This document shows, piece by piece, positions 11,490-24,000 of a stretch of 64,000 nucleotides of DNA. Within the stretch, counting starts at the first letter, position 1, and every line of letters begins with the position of its first letter. Under the pieces are notes generated by a model. It was given only the letters and a program-made list of their open reading frames with translations. It searched no databases and had not been told where the DNA came from. Origin of the DNA: the human T2T-CHM13v2.0 reference genome, Homo sapiens. A program made the position numbers and the translations under genes. Where the stretch lies: the NCBI RefSeq assembly GCF_009914755.1, contig NC_060942.1. One strand, 5' to 3'.

Positions 11490-13950
11490 TAATGGTGAGC
11501 AAAGATAGACCCAAGGCCTACCTCTGTATAATAGTCTAATGAGGAAAGAGATATTATTAAAGAGATCACTGTAATTAATATATAATCAGAAACTAAGAAA
11601 AGTTCTGGGAAAGAATAAAAACATTGTTCTCAGTTTAAAAAGGCCTGACCTAGTCAGGGGTTTCAGAAGGCTTCCTTAGGAAGTGGTGGTTGGAAGGATC
11701 TGAAGATTGAGAAGGAATTACATGAATAAAGAAATTGACATAAGTCTTGTTGTCGGGGGTATTGTAGACAGAACAGTTTTATAATGGAAGAGAGTAGAAA
11801 ATACAGGAAATGGCATTACATTCAATCTTGGGGAGTCAGAAAATGATTTATAGAAGAGGAGGTATTGAGTTAATTTTTAAGGAGAAGGAAGATTTTGCTG
11901 GACAGAAATTTGAGGAAGCAGGCAGTGCACTCCAGGCAGAAGGAACACTTCAGAGGCTTTCTTTCCACTCTGTAGAAGTCTGCCTATCATTTGTGTAGTG
12001 GAAAAGGGTAGCAGTGATATGTTACGGTGGAGAAGTAGGCAGACGCCTGACGAGGGATTCAGAACCATGCAGAATTTAGACTTTTATCTGTGAGCAACGG
12101 GAAACTATCTGAAGGAATCATGGAGGAATAGGACCGGATTTGCATTTTTGAAATATCACTCTGTAGTAAATGTGAAAAATGGATTGGGAGTTGAAGTGAG
12201 TTTGGAAGTAGAGAAAGCAATCAGGGGAATAGGGCAATTATTTTGATAGTCCTTTTGAGAGGTGACAGCATGCTGGCAGCCCTCGCCGGCTCTGGGTGCC
12301 TCCTCGCCGGCTCTGGGTGCCTCCTCGCCTCGCGCCCATTCTGGCCGCACTTGAGGAGCCCTTCAGCCCGCCGCTGCACTATGGTAGCCCCTTTCTGGGC
12401 TGGCCAAGGCCAGAGCCAGCGCCCTCAGCTTGCGGGGAGGTGTGGAGGGAGAAGCGCGGGCGGGAACCGGGGCTGCGTGAGGTGCTTGCAGGCCAACGCG
12501 AGTTCCGGGTGGGCGTGGGCTGGGCGGGCCAGCACTCCGAACTGCTGGCCGGCCCGCCAGCCTCGGGCAGTGAGGGGCTTAGCTAAACCCGGGCCAGCAG
12601 CTGCGTAGGGTGCGCCGGGTCCCCCAGCAGTGCCGGCCCACTGGCGCTGTGCTCGATTTCTCGCCAGGCCTTAGCTGCCTCCCTGTGGGGCAGGGCTCAG
12701 GACCTGCAGCCGGCCATGCCTGAGCCTCCCCCCGCCCACGGCTGTAGGCTCCTGCGCGGCCCCAGCCTCCCCGACGAGCGCCGCTCCCCGCTCCACAGCG
12801 CCCGGTCCCATCCACTGCCCAAGGGCTGAGGAGTGCGGGCGCAGGGCACGGGACCGGCAGGCAGCTCCACCTGTGGCCCCTGTGCGGGATCCACTGGGTG
12901 AAGCCAGCTGGGCTCCTGAGTCTGGTGGGGACTTGGAGAATCTTTATGTCTAGCTAAGGGATTGTGAATGCACCAATCAGCACTCAGTGTCTAGCTCAGG
13001 GTTTGTAAATACACCAATAGACACTGTGTCTAGCTAATCTAGTGGGGACGTGGAGAACTTTTGTGTCTTGCTTAGGGATTGTAAACACACCAATCAGCAC
13101 CCTGTCAAAACAGAGCAATCAGCTCTCTGTAAAACAGACCAATCGGCTCTCTGTAAAATGGACCAATCAGCAGGATGTGGGTGGGGCCAGATAAGACAAT
13201 AAAAGCAGGCTGCCCGAGCCAGCAGTGGCAACTCGGTCTGGTCCCCTTCCAGAGTGTGGGAGCTTAGTTCTTTCGGTCTTTGCAATAAATCTTGCTGCTG
13301 CTTACTCTTTGGGTCCACACCGCCTTTATGAGCTGTAACACTCACTGTGAAGGTCTGCAGCTTCACTCCTGAGCCAGCGAGACCACGAACCCACCAGAAG
13401 GAAGAAACTCTGAACACATCCGAACATCAGAAGGAACAAACTCTGGACGCGCCGCCTTTTTAAGAACTGTAACACTCACTGTGAGGGTCCGCGGCTTCAG
13501 TCTTGAAGTCAGTGAGACCAAGAACCCACCGATTCCGGACACACTTTCAGAATGTGACGAGGACCTGAGGTAGAGTTGTGACTGTGGGGATGAGCAGAAG
13601 GGAGAGTTTTGAGAGACTGAGAATTACAATAAAGTTTTATGACCCATGGGAGGTGGACGATGAGGAAGAGAAATGTAGAATAAAGTAGGTTTTCTGTCTT
13701 GGTGACTGGAAAGATTGAAAGTATGATTTAAAATAATCCATGGCTTCAGGGTTTAGTGAAGTAAGCATGGCCTGTTTTTCTCTTTTTGAAAGTAGTGGGG
13801 AAAATGGAGACAAAGGATTTCAGTTTGGATACGTTGACTATTAGGCGGCTGAAGGCTCTATGCCAATGTGGAGGTAATGAGAATTCTCTGGGCTGGAAAT
13901 GCAAATCTGAGAGATATCAGTACGTAGATGGCAGTTGAAGCCCGTAAGAT
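11490..13950 (-). mobile_element. L2 LINE fragments interrupted by LTR12
   Basis: Purine-rich L2-like sequence (gaatttagacttttatctgtgagcaacgggaa; ttcagtttggatacgttgact) on both sides of the LTR. Confidence 0.6.
12256..13543 (+). mobile_element. LTR12 (ERV9) solo LTR, long CpG-rich type (LTR12C/D/E-like)
   Basis: Starts TGAGAGGTGACAGC, ends ATTCCGGACACA; 4-bp TSD cttt at 12252-12255 and 13544-13547; tandem CCAAT repeats at about 12960-13170; AATAAA at 13198 and 13284. Confidence 0.97.
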
Positions 13951-13999
13951 GTTTTTTCTTGCTCTTCTCTTCTCAATGCGAACATCTCACACATTGTGT

Positions 14000-14240
14000 T
14001 TCAGCTGAAAAGTTACTTCCCCCAGCAGGCTTTCTCTCATCCCAGAGTAGATTAGGTGCTCTCCTCACATACGGAGCTGAGCCTTATGAATACTCAGCAC
14101 TCTCCTTAAATGTTTGTCTTCCCAGCAGCGACAGTGAGGGCAGGGACTGTCCCTTCTGGGTATCCAATGTCTAGCAGACTGCTTGACACACGGGAGACTA
14201 ACATATATTAAGTAATACATGTTGATTGATTGATTGAAGA
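14000..14240 (+). mobile_element. L2 3' end
   Basis: gtgagggcagggactgtccc...gtctagcagactgcttgacacacgggagact...gttgattgattgattgaa tail. Confidence 0.65.
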
Positions 14241-15244
14241 AATCAATGAAAAAGATTGTCCAGGGAAAATGAGTGCAGTGAAAGGAAAAACTCTCAGTGT
14301 CAAATTGGGAGGGAGATTAAATAAGATGGTCTTTTAAAGTGTCTTTTAAGAGGAAATTTCTGATCTTTATCACTAATGTTTGTTGTATTTCCTTTTGACC
14401 TTTTTATTGGTGTGTAGTTAAACTCAACATAGTTATTCCAAATTATACAAAATGCATTATTTGCCACTTAATATTTTAACGAGCATTTTTCTCATTGTTG
14501 AAATGCCTCTATTTTTAATTTAGGTTTTCTTTTATTTTTATAGGTTAGGCGGTAATTTTGTAGGCCTTTTTTGCTATATAGCAGTGAATTTTATTCATAC
14601 AGGGATGGTTTCAGAATTACCATCACCTTGTCCTTACACACTTGCTCCTTCACATGTGCAGAGTCATCTAACGATGTGACGTTACATATAAGATTCAGAT
14701 GTCAACATTTTGGAGCCCATCATAAGGTGGAAGAGACAGACATGCACACAATTAATTAAAAGAGAGAATAAAAAGAATTCTAACAGTAGTCTATTCTAAG
14801 TACTATGAGTCTAAAGTGAGGGAACGCCCTATTCATTTTTGCTAAAGCTAGATGCCTGCCATCAGGATGATATTTTAAAAATTAAAGGCAGGTATGTCTT
14901 TTTTACATAATATAACATTTATTTTTGAATGGGTAATGATCTTTTTTGTTAATGCCCTTAACTGTAAGCTTCAGACCATATGTTTTCTTACCCTTGTGCT
15001 TACAAGGAAGAGAAACTGGGATTTATTAATGAATTGTGATGTGCCTGGTGCTGTACTAAGTGAAATTATTCATATCATTTACTTTTTAAATGTAAGTGTA
15101 GACTCATGTATGTTTATTTTCTGTTAATACTTTGGGTTATAAATTAGTACTACATTATTTATTTTGTTGCTTAAATTTTTCTGGCTTTGGCCATTCAGGG
15201 TTCTTTCAGGTTGGCTCCAGAGTCTCCTTGACATGCCCCCAGCC

Positions 15245-15916
15245 TTTTTTTTTTTTTTTTTTTTTAATCTATTCTAGATGTATTAAAGGCTTTATTTTTT
15301 TATTTTTATTTCTACATTATCTATTTTTTTAAAATTAATTAATTAATTTATTATTATTATACTTTAAATTTTAGGGTACATGTGCACAATGTGCCGGTTA
15401 GTTACATATGTATACATGTGCCATGCTGGTGTGCTGCACCCACTAACTCGTCATCTAGCATTAGGTATATCTCCCAGTGCTATCCCTCCCCCCTCACCCC
15501 ACCCGACAACAGTCCCCAGAGTGTGATGTTCCCCGTCCTGTGTCCATGTGTTCTCATTGTTCAATTCCCACCTATGAGTGAGAATATGCGGTGTTTGGTT
15601 TTTTGTCCTTGCGACATTTTGCTGAGAATTATGGTTTCCAATTTCATCCATGTCCCTACAAAGGACATGAACTCATCATTTTTTATGGCTGCATAGTATT
15701 CCATGGTGTATATGTGCCACATTTTCTTAATCCAGTCTATCATTGTTGGACATTTGGGTTCGTTCCAAGTCTTTGCTATTGTGAATAGTGCCACAATAAA
15801 CATACGTGTGCGTGTGTCTTTATAGCAGCATGATTTATAGTCCCTTGGGTATATACCCAGTAATGGGATGGCTGGGTCAAATGGCAGAGACACAACCAAA
15901 AAAGAGAATTTTAGAC
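15245..15916 (-). mobile_element. Young L1PA (L1PA3/4-like), 5'-truncated, with 3' transduction and a short inverted 5' piece
   Basis: Poly-T 15245-15265; unique segment to about 15330; L1 3' end to 15884 (cccactaactcgtcatctagc); sense-strand ORF2 piece ggcagagacacaaccaaaaaagagaattttagac at 15883-15916; TSD gacatgccccca(g/t)cc at 15230-15244 and 15914-15928. Confidence 0.9.
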
Positions 15917-15934
15917 ATGCCCCCATCCTTTTTT

Positions 15935-17135
15935 CGTTTGTTTGTTTTGTTTTTGTTTAATTCAACTTTTATTTTAGATTAATGGTGTACACAGGCAGGT
16001 TTGTTATTTGTGTATATTGCATGATGTTGAGGTTTGGGGTACAAATGATCCTATCACTCAGATACTGAGCATGGTACCCAACAGTTAGTTTTCAACTTTT
16101 ACTCCCATCCCAACCTTCCCCCCAGTCCCCAGTGTCTATTGTTGCCATCTTTATTTCCATGAGTACCCAATGTTTAGCTTCCACTTATAAGTGAGAACAT
16201 GCAGTATTTGGTTTTCTGTTCCTGCATTAATTCACCTAAGTTAGTGGCTCCAGCTGCATCCGTATTGCTACAAAGGACATGGTTTCATTCTTTTTTATGG
16301 CTGTGTAGTATTTCATGGTGTATGTGTAGCACATTTTCTTTATCCAATCTACCACTGATGAAAACCTAGGCTGATTCCATGACTTTGCTATGGTGAATAG
16401 CACTGTGATAAACATGTGAGTGCCTGTGTCTTTTTGGTAGAAAAATTTGTTTTCTTTTGGATATATACCCCATAATGGGATTGCTGGCTTAGATGGTAAT
16501 TTTGTTTTAACTTCTTTGAGAAATCTCCAAACCGCTTTCCACAGAGGCTGAACTAATTTACATTCCCACCAACAGTGTATAAGCATTCCCTTTTCTTTGC
16601 AGCCTCACCAGCATCTGTTTTTCGACTTTTTAATCATAGCCATACTGACTGGTGTGAGATAGTATCTCATTATGGTTCTGATTTGTATTTCTCTGATGAT
16701 TAGTGATGCTGAGCATTTTATTTATATATTTGTTGTTGTCCATTTGTATGTCTTTTGAGAAGCATCTGTTCATGTCTTTTGTCCATTTTTAATGGGGTTG
16801 TATTTCTAGTTCTAGATCCCTGAGGAATTGCCACACTGGCTTCCACAATGGTTGAACTAGTTTACAGTCCCACCAACAGTGTAAAAGTGTTCCTATTTCT
16901 CCACATCCTCTCCAGCACCTGTTGTTTCCTGACTTTTTAATGATTGCCATTTTAACTGGTGTGAAATGGTATCTCATTGTGGTTTTGATTTGCATTTCTC
17001 TGATGGCCAGTGATGGTGAGCATTTTTTCATGTGTTTTTTGGCTGCATAAATGTCTTCTTTTGAGAAGTGTTGTTTTCTTATTCAATTGTTAAAGTTCCT
17101 TTTAGATTCTGGATATTAGACCTTTGTTAGATGCT
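15935..17135 (-). mobile_element. Older L1 (L1PA16/L1PB-type) 3' end, interrupted at 16801-17070
   Basis: ttcaacttttattttagatt...; ORF 16236-16586 is the ORF2 C-terminus ([14 protein letters not shown]); resumes at ttgttttcttattcaattg (17071). Confidence 0.9.
16801..17070 (-). mobile_element. Tail-less internal fragment of a young L1PA ORF2
   Basis: tatttctagttctagatccctgagg...ttgagaagtg; ORF 16789-17031 ([22 protein letters not shown]...); no poly-A; gttgt on both sides. Confidence 0.88.
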
Positions 17136-18656
17136 TATCATGAATTACGTTGACCAATTGCTTTTCTCCCAACACTTAGCTGAATAGGGTCTCTAAGGCA
17201 AAAAGGGAATAAAGAAGTAGCTCAAAGGGGACATTTTGGAAGCTGGGGTAGAGGGCATGTTGTGGAGCAAGCATCAGATGGCGCTGTTGGCTGTGAAGAG
17301 GGATGTGGGGGCCTGGGAATTCCAGCTGCAGAGGCTGGAGGGGAGTGCCAGGAGGAGGGTATCTTGAGGCCAACAGCACCCCTCCTTTGTAACATCCCCT
17401 GGTGTCAACTGACAGCATAGTGATTCTTAAAGAAAACTAGGACCTTGAAAGGTGACTTGTAGATGTAGAACATCCATACATACTATGTTCGTGTCCAATG
17501 AAGCTGTTAATTTTTCCATGCCAATGTTAAAATGATATGACATAGAAAATGGCACTTGTAGATAACCTCATACTTTCTGTTTATGAATAGTTTTACCCTC
17601 TTCCTCTCCTCTCCTCACTAAGTCTTTTCCCAGATCTGTTACATGAGATAAAAACAGCTGACTTGTGTCCCAATTCTCTTTAAATGTCTTGTGGCAGCAG
17701 TAATGAGAGAAAATGAACACCCCAAACTGTTTCCAGTTAAAGGAAGGAAGAATATGATAGCACTTGAGTCGTGTTCTTCAGTTGTTTTTCATATGTACAT
17801 CTGATCTTCTCAACCAAGGTAGTGGTTTCTTTTTCTGTCTCTCACTGAGCATGTCACCGGAGTGCTGTGTATAGAGTAAGGCCTTAATAAATATGTGTTC
17901 AGTTGACAGGAGCAGGAGCCAGGGGCTAAGCTGATCTCACAGTATAATGTCAGCTTCTGAATAATTGAGCATGGTCTGTGTGATTAATGTATTTATGTAT
18001 TCAGCTGGTATTAGCAATATCCTCCCTGCCACTTTCCTGCCTGTGTCTGTCATCTGTCAGCCATGCATTTGTAGAAAGACTCTATAATGGGTGCTTGTTA
18101 ATAAAACAAGCAGGAGAAGGCTTGTGCTGAAATAAAGGTGTTAGGGAGTTATTGATTTGAAAATATTTAAACAATTCATGTAAATGTTCTGCTTCATATG
18201 TATACATGGAATGTATATATAGACCATCAACAGTTTGTCAGTATCAACAGCTGAGATTTAAAAATGATATCCTTATGAGATGGTAAATTGACCAGAAACT
18301 ATATCAGCCAAGGCTAGCTTTTGTTGCTGTTGTTATGTTTCTTAGGAATGTAACACACAGTTAGTAAAAAAAAAAAAAGGTCTCCATTCAAGGTCATAAA
18401 TGATGTCTTATTTAATGGAAATGCATTGTGAAAAGCAATAAGCAATGATTTCCTGTTAACTACAATGATCCCAGCTGGAAAACATCACTAGAAGAAATTA
18501 TAAGTAACTCTTCTTTAGTTACTAGGAAGAGAGACAAAACATTTTCTTGGATGACTGTTCTGTATTTTTCAATCCCAGGAGGTGGAAGCAGGGGTACAGC
18601 CAATTAGGATTATTCAGTTTTTTACATGCACACTAATATAGAAAGAATCTTGTTGG

Positions 18657-19358
18657 TCAGATCCACTTAGATTTAGCTAGATTATGTACAACAATACCTA
18701 ACAAGATACTCAAGGCAGCACGTTTTAGCAAAAGGGTTTGTATGAGAATTGCTTGATTCACACGCATTGTGGAGGATAAGTAATGTTTATGAAGCAGATA
18801 TAGTAATCTGTGCTTACACTGTGAGCTTTTTAAACCACATCTAGAAATTTGGCATCTGTCCACTGGCCAGAAGTAGTTAGTCATCCCTAATGGAGCCCAT
18901 GTCGTTTTGTTGGTGCAGTTCTCTGGGGTTCTACTTGATCCTGATTTCTGGATCCATTCCACAATGTCTTGATCTATTTCTTCTGAAATGCTGGCTGCTG
19001 GACTCTAGAGAATTGTGGTTCTTGTTGCTAGGAAAATTGTCGGGATTTTAATATTCTCACTGTGGGTTCTTTTGGGTCAAGTCCTTACTGCTACAGGCCT
19101 TGCTAAACCCACCCTTCTAGGTTTATTGTGGGGGCTGTCCTTGCCTTTGCTGGTGTCTTTCTCTACTCCATCCTCAGCTATCTGGAGAGTCTTCTATTCA
19201 TGCACTTGTGGAATAGAAGGGGTAATATTTAATTCTTCTGTAAAAGAAATTTTTTTTGCAGAGAAAGATTTGCCGGAAATATCAAACGGAAGACTAGCTC
19301 CTTCAGAAAATATTTCTGACTTAGTCTGAGATCTGGGAACAGGGACTCCTAGATTTCT
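18657..19358 (-). pseudogene. Candidate decayed large coding exon of the minus-strand relic gene
   Basis: One 234-codon frame (RNLGVPVPRSQTKSEIFSEG...KPRRVGLARPVAVRT*PKRTHSENIK...EWIQKSG...) with three internal stops; the antisense register is also open (ORF 19015-19329); not a recognisable repeat. Confidence 0.45.
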
Positions 19359-20101
19359 TTACTTTCGCACATTCATAATCATAGCTATACTATGCTACTA
19401 GGATCAAAGGACCTTTCACCAATCCTGTCAGTCGAGCTACTTAATGTGTGAGTTAAACTTTCTAATAAGATATATTTTACTCAACCTTGTTCATTCATTC
19501 AATTTTAGGGTTACAGTTCTAAAAGCTTCCCCTTTTTGTGACTCCTAGCTCCTGCAATTTCACCATTCAACTCAATGTTGGACCAAGATGGACGCCTGAC
19601 TCAAAGGCACTAAATGCATTCACTGGCTAACAGACAGTCAGATTCTTTTTCTGGGAACTTAAGGGATTCAGAAGAATCATTTGGTAGTGACCAGTGGCTG
19701 TAAATATAGCTACAAAGACTTCACGCTAGTGGTTATGTTGGAACTTTGGTTGGCTTAGCATTGGTCAGATTCCAACTGCAATAAAATGACCCAGAGAGTC
19801 TGGTACTATGATTGGTACAGTAAGCGATTCATTTTTCCACCAGAAATAGGGAATAGAAAACAACAATAAATGTCACCGCACACTTGCTACTATTAGAGAA
19901 TTTGATGTATTATTTACCTGTCTATTTACTGACTTTTCTTCCCTGTGTTAACAGTTGTAAGTCAAAGAGGCTAAGGTTATTTGAGTAAGTAACCTGAGTT
20001 TTTTAGATGCAAGAATCATGTACCCATTTCTAGAAAAATGACAAAGAAGTCTCAAGGTAGGCTAGTTTTGCAATATGCTTAAATTGAAACTGGACAGCCA
20101 C

Positions 20102-20349
20102 CTAGCATTATAAAGCAATTTTGCTAAGCTCATCTATCGCTTGAGAGAAATGAGCTGCAGGATAATGAAAAAACACTGGGAGTCTTTGAAACAGCAGAGC
20201 ATAGTTCTTTGGAAAAGGAACACCAGGTCAGTTTGGAAGAACGTCTTGGGTAGATCATCACTTTCATTTGATATCTAAATAGTAGTGCTGGCGGTCCTGT
20301 TCCTCAGGGCAGAAGGTAAATGCCTGAGGAATGGAAGGCTTCTATTCCC
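20102..20349 (-). pseudogene. Candidate decayed exon of the relic gene
   Basis: Acceptor gtcttcacattcttag| at 20349; about 70 codons with one TAG (GNRSLPFLRHLPSALRNRTASTTI*...FLFQRTMLCCFKDSQCF); possible donor TAG|gtggct. Confidence 0.35.
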
Positions 20350-20479
20350 CTAAGAATGTGAAGACTTTATTCCTAGAGGCTGTGAACTTAAGTACAGTTA
20401 AATTAAATGGAGACAATAAAACTTAAGCCAAATGGGACAGTCTCAAAAGGAAGAAATCTATTTTATGGGGGAAAATAAT

Positions 20480-20690
20480 GGCTACCATTTATTGTGTGCC
20501 AGTATGTGCTGAGAATGGTATTAGGCAACTTTAGATTATTTCTATCCTCACAGTAAATATGCAACATAGGTATTATTATGTCTATTTTACAGACAAGGAA
20601 ATTAAGGCTTAGAGAGATTGTCTCATTATTTTTGCTAGTAAATGGAATGAAAACCCAGGCCTTTTGATTCCAATGAGAGTCCTGAAAGAA
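20480..20690 (-). mobile_element. MIR SINE
   Basis: ctaccatttattgtgtgccag...tctattttacagacaaggaaattaaggcttagagag. Confidence 0.8.
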
Positions 20691-21004
20691 CCTCACTTTG
20701 TTAGGCTCTGGAGGATTTCTTGTATTTTGCAGTAAAATACAGAACAGAAGATAGGTCATCTGTACTTTATTTTTGGATAAACGGGAAAGTATGTAACTGG
20801 GTCCTTAAATATATCCTAAAACAAACAATAACAAACAAACTAACCAACAAAAATACCATTTCTTGACTAACCTTCCTAACAGCTGATTTCATTATGCTTC
20901 AATCAAAAGCATTCACTGAGTCAGTCACCTATTGGAGGAAGTCTATACTATTTAGATTGGCATTCAAAATCCTTGGCCTGAGTGACCTCTGAAATTCCCA
21001 ATAT

Positions 21005-21105
21005 GGTCCCGTCCCGTCCCATCCCATCCCATCCCATCCCACCCTACCCTACCCCACCCCACCCCACCCCACCCCACCCCACCCCACCCCATCCCATCCC
21101 ATCCT
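21005..21105. repeat. (CCCAY)n pentanucleotide microsatellite
   Basis: gtccc/atccc/acccc units in tandem over about 100 bp. Confidence 0.95.
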
Positions 21106-22330
21106 GGTTTTCTAGATGCTTCACTAGAAAACCACTGCATTCAGATCTGTTTTTCTGCTTTTTCTGTTTTCTATTTCTTACCACCACCAGCCATCACCAC
21201 AGCTTCCACTGCCATCTTTGTGAAACATTCCTCATTTGCTTCATTCTTGCCCAAGCTGGTATGGCTATTCAGTGGCACAGCTAGTATTTAAGTCCAATTT
21301 CATCTGATCCCGAAGTCTGTTCTTTCTGCTCTGTTTCAGGAGCTCTGCTTTTATTAAAGGATGCTGTTGAATTTTCTCTTGGATGATAGATATAGGTTTT
21401 GGTTACCTGTTTTTATTTCCAGCACTTTCTACTGTTAAATTCTGATATGTTTTCTTCCAAGTGAGAGAAATAGTTTCCACCTACTGTCATGCCTAGCAGG
21501 GAGATTTCCTCAGGATTTTTGGATGGAGCTTAGAAGTAAAATTACTCTAAAAATATTAATTTGAGCCATTGGGGTAAGAGTAGTTCTAACGCAGGAGTCA
21601 TATAAATGAAAGATATTTGCAAGTCTTATAGAAATAAAAATTTCTTACCTGCCTAAGTTAAAGAAAGTGAAGTTTAAGTTATACAAGCATACTAGTGGCT
21701 TTAAGTGATGTCTTATGTCAAGAACAACTTTTACTGTTTATGAGATTAGATAAGAAGCACTTGGAGTCAGAAAAACTTTTGTTTACACTCAAGTTTCTAT
21801 TTATTTGTGTAATTCTGGAACAATTATCTCTGAGCTTCAATTTCCTGATTTTTAAGGTGGGGATAATATAACTAAGTAAGGTTCAAATGAAAATTCATGT
21901 GGAGCACATTGTGATTCATAAAACACAATACAAATATAAGGTGTAGTAATTATTATTGCTAGGAGATTTGAGAGAGAATGTATGAGTCTATCTGAATACA
22001 ACTCACTTGCATAAAAAGTTTGACTGATTATCACACCCCTAAGGAATTATTACTGTCAGTTTTGTTTGAACAATTACTGACTGATCAAGGAAAAATTATG
22101 AATCAATTTCAATAATACACATTATTATTAGCTTTCCCAAACTAATTTAGAGCACAGAGGTCCCTCAGTGTTCAGAACTCATAACATTTATTGTTTATAA
22201 CCATGGTTCACAAAATTTGACTACACCTCAAAATCACAGGAAGAAATTAAAAAGGAATCCTGGATTCCATGCTGAGATACTGTGGATCCATGTTTTTCTT
22301 TTTAACTACTTGATGATCCAATTTACTAAC

Positions 22331-22545
22331 CTGGTTTGGCATATACCACTGGTATATGCAAATCTTTTGATAGCCAGTGATGGTTTATCTTAGACATGGT
22401 CATTTTTCATGTTTTAAAAATGTTCTCAGTTATGTTGTGAGCTTTGCGTCTCCACATAAAGTGGCTTGCACTGAGTAGTATTGCTGATGATGTTTACATA
22501 GGGAAAAGTACTGGATTCTTCACAGGCCGTTTGTACATCAATTAT
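22331..22545 (-). pseudogene. Candidate decayed exon with an RGS-domain-like motif
   Basis: Degenerate acceptor ctattatctcttcaa|, donor CAG|gttagt at 22331; frame reads KNPVLFPM*TSSAILLSASHFMWRRKAHNITENIF. Confidence 0.35.
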
Positions 22546-23805
22546 TTGAAGAGATAATAGCAAGTTTTTAATTATTCATGACACATACTTAGAAAACTTG
22601 GAACTTGAAGAAACTATAGAAATTATCTGGTTCATTTGTCTTTTTTTTTTTTTTTCCTGGATAAGGAAACTTAGGGCAAGAGAAGTTAAAAGGCTCATCT
22701 AAGGTGACCATACTTGTCATCCAGGACTAGAATTCCCAGATCTTGTCTTTTTCCTTGATTCATGGTAATTGTAGAAGGCATAATTAAAAGGCACAAATAG
22801 ACAAATCCCTAATCTTAGAAGGACCTCGAGCTTCTCTTTTACTAGAATTCTTAATAAGTGGCAAAATGCACAGAGTACTTAAAATTTTTTTTCTCTTGAA
22901 TAATATATAGTAGATAGCTATGCAAGCATCTTCAAAATTCAATAGTCAAGGAAAAATAATTGGAATCAACAGTGTTGATACCTTCAATTTTTTTGTGTTT
23001 TTTTTTGGTTCTCCCATATATTACTCAGCATGGAAATTACTGCAGTATTAATCCCCTCTAATGTCATTAATGAGACCAGTTCCTACTAAAGTGAACAAAT
23101 TGGGTATTAGATGCATAATAAAGACCACACACGGAAGCAAAAGAAAATCTCAACCTTTCTAAATAAAATAGTTGAGGTTTCATGAATCCATACATAGGAA
23201 GAAATTTCTCTTGTATAAATTTTTAAAAATAGACTAGTTATGTTTCAGGACTACATCTTCCTCTTAAAATGTGAAATTCCTTTTAGCATAAATGATCTGT
23301 TTCTTTGTTATTCTTACTAAACTCTTCATCTTTTAAGGCATGGATCACGTCATTTTTATATTTGACCTTCTAGTACCTACCTCATGGCTGACTGTCAAGA
23401 GATCATCTGTTGAAACAAACTGATGAGGGAAGAAAACAAAAACCTTGAGAGCTGGAGCTAAGCAATATTTTTTTTAACTTTAAAACTATTTTTATTTCCA
23501 GTAGTATCCTAATGAAAGTGTTTTTGTACTAAAATGTATTTAGAAGTTGGTTTGTTTTTTAAAATTAAACTAAATTTGATTTAACTTTTGACAATGAAAG
23601 ACATAATGATCAAGATATGTCAATTGAAAGGTTAGAAATGAGATGATTTGAAAGAGGTTATATTGAAAAACCGGCTGCTAAGATAAAAATAACAATGAAG
23701 GGGCTAAAATTCACTCTTTTAATTATTGCAGGCATTGACCCAGGTGATGAGAATATAACCATGAACAAAAGAGTTCCAGTTCTATGTTCTCTCCAGGGAG
23801 AAGAT

Positions 23806-24000
23806 AGAATATATATATATTCTATATACATATTCTCTATATATATTCTCTATATATATTCTCTCTATATATTCTCTCTATATATTCTCTATATATTCTC
23901 TATATATATTCTATATATAGTGTATATATATATTCTATATATTCTATATATATAGTGTGTATATATATAGTGTATATATATATACACACACACACAAACA
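23806..24000. repeat. TA-rich / TATATTCTC low-complexity repeat followed by (CA)n
   Basis: Directly visible. Confidence 0.95.

Noticed and set aside
12156-13417. GC-rich ORFs and an apparent CpG-island gene promoter
   Set aside because: Essentially all within the LTR12, which has clear ends and a TSD; ORFs are a by-product of GC content.
19015-19329. Hydrophobic 104-aa plus-strand ORF resembling a membrane protein
   Set aside because: GTG start, no promoter or splice context; best explained as the antisense shadow of the minus-strand frame.
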